The notes: a model not told the origin generated them from the sequence alone. A stretch of 64,000 bases of DNA from Alloascoidea hylecoeti (GCA_001600815.1 BCKZ01000005.1:1036875-1100874); one strand, 5' to 3'. Positions 12,850 through 25,714 are shown, counted from the first letter of the stretch. Made by a program: numbers and translations.

Positions 12850-13426
12850 GTAAATAAAGTAGCCAAAAAAAAAAAAAAATGAAATCAAAGAAGATTAAAT
12901 AGTGTGTAACTAACTTGTAAATTTATAAATGCGGTTGACAAGTCAGAAAATATAAAGTTTAGGGGTTTAAGTTTTGAAGGTTTGAAACGTAAAACTTTAA
13001 GCCTCCAAAGCCTCCAAAAAATTAAATTCCCACGTGTACATACCCTTCTCAATTGGGATTTTCTACAATATAAAATACTATTTGAAAATAATATTTCATT
13101 TTTTTCAATATATATTAAATGCTAGTTATATATTCATACTTATAATTAAGAAATCTTCTTTTAATCCGGTCATAAAATTCATCATCTTTTATATTAAGTT
13201 TTTAAATTTTAACACCAAATGCTGATACAATACCATCATCAAATAATATAACATTCTAGATCTGTATAATATTTTGAAATCGGTATAATATTTAATAATA
13301 AAGTATAATGAAAGTAGTAAAGTGGAAATAAATACTGTATATGGTCTGATGATCGAAATGAATTTCTATTCATTTATGATTGTTACTTTATAATTGTTAT
13401 ATCCTTGTTTTGATATATTACATAAT

Positions 13427-14902
13427 TCAATGATGTCCTGGTAAGGGAGCACCAGTGACAGTACCATTAACCAATTTAGCCCCACTCGTCCAACCACCTA
13501 ATTTAACACCACCAATTTCCTCTTGGAATTTCTTGATTTTCTGTTCAATCTCTGGTCTGAAGTGTTTTATAAGACCTTGAATAGGCCATGCAGCAGCATC
13601 ACCTAAAGCACAAATTGTATGACCTTCAACTTCCTTTGTTAATTCCTGTAACATGTCAATTTCTCTTTCTCTAGCTTGACCACTATTAATTCTATCCATC
13701 ATTTTTAATAACCATGTGGTTCCTTCTCTACATGGTGTGCATTGACCACAAGATTCGTGTTTATAAAAAGCAGCTAATCGTTGAATACCACGAACAACAT
13801 CAGCTTGTTTATCCAAAACTATAACAGCGGCGGTACCTAAACCAGATCCTGCATCTTTTAAAGCATCAAAATCCATTAATACTGTTGAACAGACATCTTT
13901 CGTCAAGATTGGTGTAGATGATCCACCAGGAATAACCCCTAATAAGTTATCCCAACCACCTTTAACACCACCACAATGACGTTCTAATAATTCTTTTAAT
14001 GGTATTGACATTTCTTCTTCAACTGTACATGGTTCATTAACATTACCTGAAACACAGAATAATTTTGTACCTTGATTCCTTTCTCTACCAAATGAAGCAA
14101 ACCATGATCCACCACGTCTTAAAATCGTTGGTGAAACAGCAACGGTTTCGACGTTTGTAACTGTTGTAGGACGACCGAATAGACCAACACCTGCTGGGAA
14201 CGGAGGCTTAAGACGTGGTTTACCTGCTTTTCCTTCAATTGATTCAATTAAAGCAGTCTCTTCACCACATACATAGGCACCCATACCTCTATGGATATAT
14301 ATATCGAAATCATATCCAGATTCACAAGCGTTTTTACCAATCAAGTTAGCTTTATAGGCTTCATTGATAGCGGTTTGTAAAGCAGCGGCTTCATTGTAAA
14401 ATTCACCACGGATATAGATATAGGCAGCCGTTGCATTCATGGCTCTACCGGCCAATAAACAACCTTCAACCAATTTATGAGGATCTTTTCTAATGATCTC
14501 ACGATCTTTACAAGTACCAGGTTCACCTTCATCAGCATTAACTACCAAATACCTTGGACCCGGATTGTTTTCCCAACCAGGTGGATTCATAAAAGACCAT
14601 TTTAAACCACTTGGGAAACCAGCACCTCCACGACCTCTCAATCCAGATGCTTTCATTTGATCAATGATCCATTTATCACCTTTTAAAATAATTTCTTTTG
14701 TCTTATACCAATCTCCCATACGTTGTGCACTTTTCAAATCTTTTCCATACTTATCATAAAGATTTTGGAAAATACGATCAGAATCTTTAAGATTTCCATA
14801 TTGACGGGTCGTACCATCTGCAACAGTGGCCAATGATCGGACGGAGTGGCCCAACAGTGGAGAGGCTTTTGTTACCAACCTTTTTGTTTGTGATGATAGC
14901 AT
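13427..14902 (-). CDS. NUO51: NADH:ubiquinone oxidoreductase 51-kDa subunit (NDUFV1/NUBM)
   Basis: Mitochondrial presequence from ATG 14902 ([10 protein letters not shown]); [37 protein letters not shown] and [12 protein letters not shown] motifs. Confidence 0.97.
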   Translation of the reverse strand: MLSSQTKRLVTKASPLLGHSVRSLATVADGTTRQYGNLKDSDRIFQNLYDKYGKDLKSAQRMGDWYKTKEIILKGDKWIIDQMKASGLRGRGGAGFPSGLKWSFMNPPGWENNPGPRYLVVNADEGEPGTCKDREIIRKDPHKLVEGCLLAGRAMNATAAYIYIRGEFYNEAAALQTAINEAYKANLIGKNACESGYDFDIYIHRGMGAYVCGEETALIESIEGKAGKPRLKPPFPAGVGLFGRPTTVTNVETVAVSPTILRRGGSWFASFGRERNQGTKLFCVSGNVNEPCTVEEEMSIPLKELLERHCGGVKGGWDNLLGVIPGGSSTPILTKDVCSTVLMDFDALKDAGSGLGTAAVIVLDKQADVVRGIQRLAAFYKHESCGQCTPCREGTTWLLKMMDRINSGQAREREIDMLQELTKEVEGHTICALGDAAAWPIQGLIKHFRPEIEQKIKKFQEEIGGVKLGGWTSGAKLVNGTVTGAPLPGHH

Positions 14903-14962
14903 CTCTGATGTGTGTTGGGGGTGAAAAAGCAGCCTAAAAAGAGGTAAGAATAAAGCCGCCGT

Positions 14963-14993
14963 GCTGATTGGTCCGCAATCAGCCGTTACCCGG
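14963..14993 (-). promoter_or_regulatory. CCAAT box (inverted pair) and Reb1-type site in the NUO51 promoter
   Basis: gctgattggtccgcaatcagc (CCAATCA on the - strand) at 14963-14983 and TTACCCGG at 14986-14993, 60-90 bp upstream of the ATG; the Hap complex regulates respiratory genes. Confidence 0.55.
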
Positions 14994-15602
14994 ATCTCCA
15001 ACATTACTTATGTATTATGTAATTCTATACTCACACATCGCTTCATGGTCCATCGAAGGATATTAATGCTGTTCTGATTTCTCGCCTGATGGAAGTTACA
15101 TTCGAGCTGATCTTGATATGTTCAATGATTCGCAACAAGAAAAGTCATAATCGAAATCAATGGTTTAAAATACACCTATAAACACTAGTAACACATTTCT
15201 GCCTAATTAAGAATGATAGTATTTATTTCTGAAGAGCGATACGGTGTACCATAGTATACACGTATAAGTGAGGGTGGTGTTAAGCTAATTGTGATCACAA
15301 TGATACCCTGGACCTAAACCACACCGGAAGTTTTGCATGACCTCACCCGGGGGTAAACCCTTTGCGCTATATCAAATTGGATAAGACAGATTGAGAGGAG
15401 ACGACTATACGTGCGCGCCTGGAAAATGTTTATGGGTGCCATTGGAGGGAGGGAAAGTGGAGAAAAAGGATTGGTAGGGTTAATTTATTTATTATGGTAA
15501 TGTACATGATCATGATCATAAAGTTCAGCGGCACATCTCATTCTGACAAAATCTCTCTCCTATCTCAATATTATATTACTTGATTATATTTATATTTCAT
15601 AT

Positions 15603-18600
15603 TTATGCCCTAACGAAAAACTCCTTATTCTTCAAATATGACCCTTCGATGTCTACAAAATCTCCCGAAGCCGCAATTTTTAGTATTTCATCTGCCACCG
15701 TAGATCTGATCCTCTCACTCGTATAAGGACTATCAACCCTCAGAATATCTTTTATACCCTTTTCCTTTCTTGCACTCTTAATTGCATCCCGTATAGCAAA
15801 TAAAGCACTTGATCCCAAAAACAGTGGGGGTTCTCCAACTCCTTTACTTCTCCCGATACTTTTACCCTTAAGATGTTTGAATTCTCCTTCTTTAAAACTG
15901 ACATTGAAAATTTGTGGGCAATCTGCTATTCCTGGTATTTTATACGCTCCTGGTCCTCTTGTTGCTAAAGTTCCATTTTTTAACCATAAAGACTCCTCAA
16001 TAGTGAATAATCCTTGGCCTTGAACAAACGCTCCTTCAATTTGTCCTAGATCAATTGAAGGATTTAAACTTCTTCCAACATCCATTTTTATATGAGTTTC
16101 TAAGTTGCTCCAATCTCCTGTCAATAAATCAACTTCAACCACCGTGATTGCACTCCCTTGTGTATAATATAAAAATGGAGGTTTTGGGTTTGGTGCGCCC
16201 CATTCATAACCAATATCGGGCATCTTGAAAAATCCATTTGCTGATAAATTAACACGATCAAGGTATGCTGATTTTGCCAATTGTTTCATACTGGCATTAA
16301 CTCCAAATCTTTCTCGATATGGTTTTAATCTTTCATTTAATTGATCACAAGCATTTTTAATTGCTGCTCCATTTAAATCACTACTTGCAGAAGCAGCTGT
16401 TGCACTTGTATTTGCAACTGTTGCTGTTGAAGTTTCTGATAAATAAACATCATCCAATGGGACATTTAATTCTGATGATGCAATTTGACACATTTTAGTA
16501 TTTAATCCTTGTCCCATTTCAACTCCACCATGTGCAATTCTTATAGTTCCATCAGTATAAATATGAACAAGAGCTCCAGCTTGATTTAAGAATAAAACAC
16601 CAAAAGCAACACCAAATTTAGTTGGAATATGTGATATACCTCTTTTAATCCATTTATGATTTAAATTAAATTTTTCAACTTCATTTTTTAATCTATTAAA
16701 ATTTGATTCTTTTTTATTTAATTCTACCAATTCAGGAATTGAAAAATCATTATTTATTAATTGTTGATAATGTGTTGTATCTCCTTTTTTATAATAATTT
16801 ATTTCTCTTAATTTATCAACATCAATTCCTAATTCATCAGCCATTTCAACCATTATACTTTCAATTGCAAACATTCCTTGTGGTGCACCAAATCCTCTAA
16901 AAGCTGTATTTGTAGCTGTATTTGTTTTAACTGGTATTCCTTCAACATAAACTGAAGGAATAGCATAACAACCATCAATATGAAATAAAGCACGATCAAT
17001 AACTCCTCTAGTTAAATCCATTGTCCATCCTGCATTTGCATATAATGTTGCTTTTAAAGCAGTAAATTTATAATTTTCATCAAGACCTACTTCCCATTTG
17101 ATTAAAAAAGGATGCCTTTGACCAGATGTCATCATATCTTCTGATCTATCTTGTATTAATCTAACAGGTCTTTTAAATTTTTGAGCAGCTAATGCTGCTA
17201 CATTTGTAAGAGGACATGAACGACTTTCTTTTCCTCCAAATCCACCACCTAATCGTTTAACATGAACAGAGATTTGTGATGTTGGTATACCTGTTATTTC
17301 AGACGCTAATAATTGAGTTTCGGTTGGATTTTGTGTTGAAGCATAAATTTTTAATTCATTTTCATCAGGAATAACTAAACATCCTTGAGTTTCTAAATAA
17401 AAATGTTCTTGAGATCCAAATCTTTTAGATCCTTTAAATTTATATTTTGTTTTATGATTATTATTATTTATAATATTTTCAATATCAAATTGATTACCAT
17501 TTTTAGAAATAATTCTTGGATCTGGGAAAAAACTATTTTGTAAAATTCCTTCTTCAATTGTTAAAACATATGGTAATTCTTCATATTTTATAGATTTTGA
17601 AATTAATTTAGCTGCTTCTCTTGCGATAAATCTATCAATAGCTACAATTACTCCAATACATTCACCAACATAATTAACAATACCATCTTTAACCATAAAT
17701 GGTTCTCTTCCAAATTCAAATATTCCAAAATCTTCTTCATGAAATACATCATTTATATCAATCCATCCAATTACTCCAGGTAATTCTAATGCTTCATTTG
17801 TATCAATACTAATAATTTTTGCATGTGGTTTTGTTGATAAGATTTGAACAGCATATGTTTCATTATATTGTGGTGGGATATCATCAACATATTTAGCTTC
17901 GCCAGTACTTTGTTTTAAACCCGAAAGATGTCTATCATTTCTTCCCATACCATTTGAAAAATTCTTATTGCTTGGTAATTCAGGAGGATTTTCACTTGCA
18001 TTTCCATTTATTTTAGAATAATCTCTTGTTATTTCTTGTATTGAATCATCAATTTTATATTTTAAATCATCATCATTAATATATCCATTTGGGATTTTTA
18101 ATTGAAATTTAACATAATTAATAAATTTATAAAATAAACTTAAAACAAGGGAAGTTCGATATAATGACATACCACCTGGTACATCAATTGGTAATTTATA
18201 TTCTTGTGATAAAATATTCATTGCATTTGAAATTAAATTAATATCATTAATTTTAATTGTTTTTCCATTTTCATTCCCATTATCAATTCCATTAAATGAT
18301 TTTAAATAATTTTCAGTTATTGGTGATGATTTTGTTGTTATACCCATCCCACCAAAACAAAATCTTGATTCTTTAATAATTAAACTAATTGGATTAATAA
18401 TAATACTAAAACATGCAGTAACAATTGAAATATCATCATATTTTCTTTTTGATTGTTTAAAAGTTTTTATAAATTGTCCTGGTTTTGTAAATGGTATAAA
18501 AATTGATAAAATTATATCCGTTTCAATATTTAATTTTGTCTTTCTATAACCAATAAAAAAATCATCATCAATTATAACTTCTTTTTTTAAATTTGTTTTT

Positions 18601-20135
18601 GTATTTAATATAATTAATTTTGCTTTTAAACATAATAATATTGGATTAAGATCTGATATTGGTGATGCTGTAATTATTGATCCTGATGAACTTGCAATAT
18701 TTCGAATTTGTGTTCCTGCAAAATATGATAATTGTTTAAGTATTTGTCTTAATGATTGATATTTATCATATTTTCTATAAACGATATTTCCATCATTATT
18801 ATTTTTATTATTATCATTTTTAGAAAGAATTTTTTTAATATTATGTTCAAGATCTGAATAACTTATATTCCCACCAATTTTAATTCCTTGTTCTTCTTTT
18901 GTATTTTCATCATCATCATTATACCAAAATTCTTTTAATTCATCAATATCATTAATATAAATACAAATAGGATATTTACAATTTTTATATTTAATTTCAA
19001 TTTGTACTTCACTTGATCCACTAACTATTTTTGAATTTGGATATTTTTGTTTTAAATATGATAATTGTGATATTGTTAATGGTCTAAACCAAATATGTGA
19101 TGATGTTTTAAATTGTAATGGTGTATTGTATTTTTGAGATGATAAAATAATTGGAAAAGATGGATCTTTAAAATTATTTGAATTATTTTTATTATTTTTT
19201 GTTGGTTTCTTTTTATCTTGATTATTTGAAATTGATTGTTTATAGAAGTTGTTCATGTCAAGTTCATCACCTTCTAAATTTTCGTGTGTCTCTTCTTTCT
19301 TATCTTTAACACAACAGCAACCACCGGGTCTTCCACATCCTTCAAAACGTAAACTTTTAGCAGCTGCTATAATTGGCCTATAACCAGTACACCGGCAGAG
19401 GTTTCCATCTAATGTATCCATAATCTTCATCAATTCTTCTTTTGAATTTTTATTTTGTATTATAGGTCCAATTCCATTTGCATTTCTATTTGCATTTCCA
19501 CTTCCATTTCCATTTCCATTTCCATTTCCATTTCCATTTCCATTTCCATTTCCAGGATTATTATGATCATAAACATTATACAAATGATCATTTATATACA
19601 AAGCATATAAGCTCATTATTATTCCAGGAGTACAAAAGCCACATTGAGTACCATAATATTCCGAAATGCGTTGCTGTATTGGATGTGGATTTTTTGAATC
19701 ACCAAGTCCTTCAATTGTAATAAGATGACTATTATGAATTGATATTAATGGAGCAATACAAGAATTAACTGCAATATATCTATATCACGATTAGTGAATG
19801 GATTAAACATGAGGTTGTACTTTATTATAAATATGTAAAACTTACTTTGGTTTCTTATTAACATTATCCCATTTCCCAACAACAACAGTACAAGCCCCAC
19901 ATCCACCTTCTTCACATCCAATTTTTGTCCCCATCAAACCCACTTTTCTACCTCTGATGTAATCTGCAATTGTGATCCCCCATTCAGAGCTGGAGTCAGA
20001 AGTGATGAAACGGGGGGCTCTTTCATTGTTTAAGAAAAATACAATTTGAGAGCTAGCGCTATCGTTGAAAGGAAGTGATGGATCAAGATCGTTCTCAGTT
20101 AACCATGGAGGTTTGTTATGTTCACTGTAGACCAT
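15603..20135 (-). CDS. XDH: Xanthine dehydrogenase/oxidoreductase (2Fe-2S, FAD, Moco), 2 exons
   Basis: Exon 1 20135-19846 (GTKIGCEEGGCGACTV). Intron 19845-19780 (GTAAGT...CACTAAT...TAG). Exon 2 restores KYIAVNSC...QCGFCTPG, GNLCRCTGY, FAGTQIRN, GGGFGGKESR, AFRGFGAPQG and GVGEPPLFL. Confidence 0.95.
19477..19553 (-). repeat. Hexanucleotide microsatellite (GGAAAT)n encoding an (NG)n tract inside XDH
   Basis: ccattt repeated on the + strand; protein reads PGNGNGNGNGNGNGNGNGSGNANRNANG. Confidence 0.9.
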
Positions 20136-20407
20136 GATTACTGATTACAAAAATAAATTGGATGAATGAAGAGTGAAAAGAAAATAAAAGGAATATTTAT
20201 ATATTTATATATTTATACTAAAGTGGAGATATCGATAACGGTCCGTCTAACCATATGCTTTCGGATTTGACCGACGTTTTAACATGTAGAAATTAAAAAT
20301 GAAGATAAACTTAATTTGATATATAAACCTAAATTATATAATATAATATAATATCAATGTTGTGTATGCCGAGATATTTATTTATATGATTAGATGTTTT
20401 TATTTAA

Positions 20408-21604
20408 TTATGACTTTTCTTCTTTTTTTGCATTCATCTCCTCATAAAACTTTTTAAACCATAATGAACAAATTTGAGCTCCTTGGGTTTTACAAGTCTT
20501 CAAATTTCCAACTAAATCACCTTCTTTATAATCATATTTCTCCCTTTCTAAACCTGAATTAGTTTGTCCATCAACTAAATTAGAATTAATTACTCTTGGT
20601 GGAACAATAGCAGTTTTTGCTAATAAAACAGGATGCCATTGTAAAATATGTCCTAATGCTTTAGAATCTTCATGAACAAATTGTGCAAATTTTCTATATA
20701 ATGGATCAAACCAAATTTCCATAAATGCTCTTGAAAATCCAGATTGTACAATGAATATTGATGATGTATCAAGATCCCCACTATCATCTTGTGATATAAT
20801 CAATTGAACCCCACTTGCTGGGTTTTTCCTATAAGTTTTAATGACCCCTCCATATGTAACAGGAACATCTCTTATAATTAATGGATCTAATGCTTTTGGT
20901 TTTAATAAATATTCTTCAATATCAATATCATTCCTCATGATTATTACATCTTGATCGATAAACCAAAAATATTTCGTATCTGGGAAAGAATCCATTGCAT
21001 CTCGTATAGCAGCAGGTTTTGACCAATTATTTTGATCAACCCCTGCTAATTTTGAAGCATATTCTTGTGTATATTTAATATAAATTCCATATGTTGGATT
21101 ATGCGAACGAGCAAAATCAATACGATTTGATAAAATCTTACGTAAATGCTCTTCATCAGATCTTAAATAATCTAAAATTGTTATAATTACAATTCTTGGT
21201 GGTTTAGACAATGGACCTCCATCATAAACTGAATGTGTCATTGTATTATATTTATCAACTGCATTTTTAATTGCTAATTTTTGTTCTTGTTCTGGAGTTG
21301 GAGCTACATTTTTATCAATTTGAATATCATAATCTGGTGTTAGATATAAATAAGATGGATTTAATTTGATTAATGGTAAATCGGCAAGATCTGGAAATAG
21401 ATAAGGAGATCTAGTGTATTTAACGTTTTTAGAATCTTTTTGGGCATTCTCCCTTTCATTTGCGTCTGTAGATGGTTGCGGACGATGAGAAAAAGGGTGG
21501 GTGAAGGTAATGACAAGACCAGCGACGAGAATTAAAGGGATGATAATTATTGATAGCCTGTTGATTCGAGCCCGAGTGAGCGTCGGCTCTGATAATTTTG
21601 CCAT
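20408..21604 (-). CDS. MNN11: GT34 alpha-1,6-mannosyltransferase subunit, Mnn11-like
   Basis: Likely ATG 21604 (MAKLSEP). TM helix, NRIDFARSH, WSKPAAIRDAM, FWFIDQDVII and ALGHILQWHPVLLAKTAIVPPRVINS, typical of Mnn11. Confidence 0.8.
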   Translation of the reverse strand: MAKLSEPTLTRARINRLSIIIIPLILVAGLVITFTHPFSHRPQPSTDANERENAQKDSKNVKYTRSPYLFPDLADLPLIKLNPSYLYLTPDYDIQIDKNVAPTPEQEQKLAIKNAVDKYNTMTHSVYDGGPLSKPPRIVIITILDYLRSDEEHLRKILSNRIDFARSHNPTYGIYIKYTQEYASKLAGVDQNNWSKPAAIRDAMDSFPDTKYFWFIDQDVIIMRNDIDIEEYLLKPKALDPLIIRDVPVTYGGVIKTYRKNPASGVQLIISQDDSGDLDTSSIFIVQSGFSRAFMEIWFDPLYRKFAQFVHEDSKALGHILQWHPVLLAKTAIVPPRVINSNLVDGQTNSGLEREKYDYKEGDLVGNLKTCKTQGAQICSLWFKKFYEEMNAKKEEKS

Positions 21605-21969
21605 TAATATGTGAAGAAAAGTAAACAAAAAAGAGGTGAGGATAAGTTTTAACTGTGTAAGCTCAGATTGCAATACTGGTACTAAATTTAAATATGGACT
21701 CAAGGTTTGAACTAAGTTTATGCCGAAAAACATCCATGCCCACGCTTAAAATGTCAAAGTATCTGATCGTGACATAAAATACCCTTCTTATTTAAAACTA
21801 AATATAGAAAACAAACAAAACGATAAACTATTTATCCTTTATGTAAATAACATCCCACCCTTTTTTATCAACGGCGTTCTTCTGTTGATATTGTTTTATC
21901 TGAACCCCATTAATTTGTCGATCTTTTTCCTTAAATGTTTTTATTGGTAAACAGACTGGCTACCACCGG

Positions 21970-22833
21970 CTATATCGATAATCTATCTATTGATATAGCA
22001 TCAGAAGATAACTTCCCGACCACTTGTAAGAGATAAAACTTCTCATCTCCATTAGCACCTCTTCCTCCAATCCACCATTTATCATTAATGAGAGAAGATA
22101 CCGAGTTCTTATTATTATTATCGTAATTACCGTTAATACTCGTATTACTATAGCTGGTAATATTATCATTAAGATACATATTGTTATCGTCAACATTAAC
22201 GTTTATATCTGGATTCGAACTTTCTGAATAACAACTAGATTCTGAACTTGAACTCGAACTTGAAAAAGATCTAAACAATTTGTTTTGATTTGAATTTGTA
22301 TTTGAAGTTGAATTTGGATATTGTGAAATATTATTATATACAGTTGAGTTAGAATTCCTTAGGCCCGCGGTCGAGTTTGTATCCATATCGGCTCCGTATG
22401 CGGAGAAAGAACATCGGCGACTCTCAAAATATATTGGAGAACATGTTCCTGATGAAGAATAACAAGAAGAATCTGAAGAGCCAACAATATCGATCTTATG
22501 GTAGGCATTACTATCATCAATATCTATTTCTTCCAATGCTTCGTTTAAATCTTTCAGGTTGATATCATTTAACTGATCATGGTTATGTTTATGTGGAGTT
22601 ATATTACCACTTGTAACCTTGCTACTGTTATTTCTTGAAGATATAATGTTGGTACATAATAAAGAATGGGCTAGAGGCTTTATCGATGTATCGTTGTTAT
22701 GAACTATAATATTGTTGTTGTTATTTGCATTTGTAGCATTTGTAGATGTATTTGATATATTTAGGTCCTGTAAATGCGTCCGCGATACGTTTAAATTCGT
22801 AAAGAAATAAGACAGAAATGGTTTAATAGACAT
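21970..22833 (-). CDS. Ser/Asn-rich hypothetical protein with a conserved-looking C-terminal motif
   Basis: Open frame of ~287 aa from ATG 22833, mostly low complexity, ending KWWIGGRGANGDEKFYLLQVVGKLSSDAISIDRLSI. Confidence 0.7.
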   Translation of the reverse strand: MSIKPFLSYFFTNLNVSRTHLQDLNISNTSTNATNANNNNNIIVHNNDTSIKPLAHSLLCTNIISSRNNSSKVTSGNITPHKHNHDQLNDINLKDLNEALEEIDIDDSNAYHKIDIVGSSDSSCYSSSGTCSPIYFESRRCSFSAYGADMDTNSTAGLRNSNSTVYNNISQYPNSTSNTNSNQNKLFRSFSSSSSSSESSCYSESSNPDINVNVDDNNMYLNDNITSYSNTSINGNYDNNNKNSVSSLINDKWWIGGRGANGDEKFYLLQVVGKLSSDAISIDRLSI

Positions 22834-23136
22834 AATTAATAAGACAACAAACAAGCTTACTACTGGTTCAATAGAAATAAATTTAAAATAAAATAAAATA
22901 AAATCAAAAAATGAGATACGATCGTGAAAAGTCGACAATTAATATATACTTGGTAGAAATGGTTCCTTGTATGCTATTTGAACAAAATAATAGGTTTTAA
23001 TATTCTCAGACAATTATTATATGCATAGTCAAATAAGCTTTCCCCAATTTCAAATTAGTCGGGCGTATGGGCTTTTGGAGAAAACCTATCAGGTCGGCGG
23101 TGATTGGCTGAAACCAAGTACGCTATTGTATTCCTG

Positions 23137-23194
23137 TGAGTCATTGGCGTGACTCAGTGTTTCTATTTGAATTGGATTTTCCTAAATTGAGTCA
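23137..23194. promoter_or_regulatory. Three Gcn4/AP-1-type sites (TGASTCA) upstream of SNO
   Basis: TGAGTCA 23137-23143, TGACTCA 23150-23156, TGAGTCA 23188-23194; SNZ/SNO genes are established Gcn4 targets in S. cerevisiae. Confidence 0.75.
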
Positions 23195-23284
23195 TGTACA
23201 AGACTCACATCTTTCTTACTTAACTTGTTATTTATTCCTCAGATTTCCCACATATAGTACACCCATACTGAAAACTATAATAAT

Positions 23285-24142
23285 ATGTCAGTTATAGTAA
23301 TTGGAGTTCTTGCTCTTCAAGGTGCTTTCATTGAACATGTAAATCATTTACAAAAAGCAGCTTTAAGCATTCAAAATCATACATTTAAAATAATTGAAGT
23401 AAGAAATGAAAACCAATTAGATAAATGTGATGCTTTAGTTATACCAGGTATTTACTGTTTACATTATTTTACATTTGAATCATATATCTAAATTTCACAA
23501 TTCTAATTTATAGGTGGTGAAAGTACTTCAATGTCCCTCGTTGCCCAAAGAACTGGATTATTAAAACCTTTACGAGAATTTGTAAAATTTCATAGAAAAC
23601 CAACATGGGGTACATGTGCTGGATTAATTCTCTTAGCTGAAAAAGCAGATAGACAAAATAAAGATGGACAAGAATTAATTGGAGGTTTAGATATTGTTGT
23701 TGAAAGGAATCATTTTGGAAGACAAGTAAGTTATCATCATTAATTAAATCTATAAATTTAAAAATAAAAATTAAGAAAGAACGATATATTATATTTACTA
23801 ACAATATTTTTAAAGTCTGAATCATTTGCTACACAATTGAAACTAGATTTTTTAAATAATTCCAAAGAAACTTTCCCTTGTGTTTTTATCCGTGCACCAA
23901 TTGTTCGTGGTATTTTAAATTCAAATGATCAAGAAACTTCAATTAAAAGTATAATTGCACCATCAATAAAACCAAAACAAATTAATTATAATGTTGGTGA
24001 AGTTGAAGTTTTAGCCGAATATAATGATAATATAGTTGGTGTTAGACAAGGTAATTGTTTTGGTATTAGTTTTCATCCTGAATTAACTGATGATATAAGA
24101 ATTCATGAATGGTGGTTGAAGAATTGTGTTTTAAAGGATTAG
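23285..24142 (+). CDS. SNO1: PLP synthase glutaminase subunit (SNO/PDX2), 3 exons
   Basis: [12 protein letters not shown]. Intron 23448-23513 restores IPGGEST; WGTCAG nucleophile. Intron 23726-23815 (GTAAGT...TACTAAC...AAG) restores RNHFGRQSESF; FIRAP and FHPELT follow. Confidence 0.93.
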
Positions 24143-25116
24143 TATATTAATTATATGACCCTTCTTAACTTATAACATTAATCATTATATAGAGTCTTAT
24201 TATTAATAAATCACATCTTCCATTAAAAAATACTTGGTCATAGTCATAAGCAAATTATACAAATTCAAGTATTCACAATTAAGAAAACTTACAAAGTGAT
24301 TCATATTGATATCGAAAGCTCAAACTATATTAATACTAATAAAAATTGTTATGCCTCTAATTATAAGACTAATTATAATATCAATTCTTTAAATATAACA
24401 GTCTACAAATAGTATTAGGATTGTTAAACAGCCATGTGAAAATAGATTGAGATAAATTTTAAACTTTAGCTCATGAAATCAATTGGTATTGACGAGTTTT
24501 GCCAGATACTTAACACGTTATACCGGTACCAGTAATTACGCGTGTAATATAAGATCTAGATCTTATTTATATTTGAGAGATGATGATTACAATACTAATT
24601 AACCATTTAGATCTATTCAGCCAAAGCTTCATCGAAATATATATGTTATTCAAAAATTCAGTACTTAAAACTGAGATTGTAAACGTTAACGATTATAATT
24701 AATAACAAGTTAGTAGCATTATAGTTCCTTACGTATACGGCCCCAGAACATGTTTAATTTGATTCATTGAATACAATTCTGAATAATAATTGTTCTACAG
24801 TTTTTAATAGAAACATTACATTATTATGGAACGTAATACAAATGACACCTGAATCATTCAATGTCAATCACAGTTGGAGATAACAGTGATCTTATCTGGA
24901 AAGACAACTTTATTATTCAAATGGATATAGTGGATATAAGTTGGTGAATGACTATATTTTGAACTTGAAACTTTCAAGAGCTAAAAAGAGTTCAAAAAAT
25001 ATAAAACCTCAACAGTTAATTTAAAGTAGTTGCACATGAACGAATTAAAATTATTTTTGATTGTAAAATTATGATCTTTTATTCAATATGTGATTTATAG
25101 ATACAATATTCAACAT

Positions 25117-25714
25117 TTAAGCAGCAATGGTGACTTCAACATCCACACCTGGTTCAATGGTTATTTTTGTAATATTTTTAATGTCCTTGGTAGTAGCTTG
25201 TAAATCAATAACACGCTTATGGATTCTCATTTCGTAAGTTTCCCATGTCTTGGAACCTTCACCATTTGGTGTCTTTCTAGTGGTGATTTTTAAAACCTTG
25301 GTTGGTAATCTGACTGGTCCCTTCTTGAACATCTTTAATTCATCAGCACTTTTAAGAAGGTTAGCAGAGACTAAAAACAACAAAGAAAGATGTTAATAAT
25401 GTGAATTTCTGTATATAAGATTGATTTAGGGGTATAGAGGAGATTGTTGGAGATATTCAATATTCTTCTATAACCTATCATTATGTTGCATTCGTCGTAT
25501 TTTATGAATCAAATAATTGTTAAACCTATCATCTTTAATCGCTTCTGTATTAACTACGTCTCCTCAATCATCTTCTTCAATCTCCCCAGCTATTATAAAC
25601 AAAAAAACACTTACTACTCTCAAGTTGTTTAACCTTAGTAGAAGTCAAAGTGATTCTAATCTTGTGAGTTTGTGAACCTTCGGTGTTCTCACCCTTTTCT
25701 TTATTGAAACTCAT
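25117..25714 (-). CDS. RPS20: 40S ribosomal protein S20 (uS10), 2 exons
   Basis: Exon 1 25714-25615 (MSFNKEK...[16 protein letters not shown]); intron 25614-25371 (GTAAGT...TATTAAC...TAG); exon 2 KGPVRLPTK...[22 protein letters not shown]. Confidence 0.97.

Noticed and set aside
19478..19720. HFHFHF-repeat ORF on the + strand
   Set aside because: Antisense reading of the XDH GGAAAT microsatellite.
24580..24674. ATGATGA...CTGA spaced like a C/D snoRNA between SNO and RPS20
   Set aside because: No terminal stem or recognisable rRNA guide; these motifs are common in AT-rich DNA.
24953..25002. 14-bp AT-rich inverted repeat downstream of RPS20
   Set aside because: Mostly A/T runs; plausible by chance, or a simple 3' end element.
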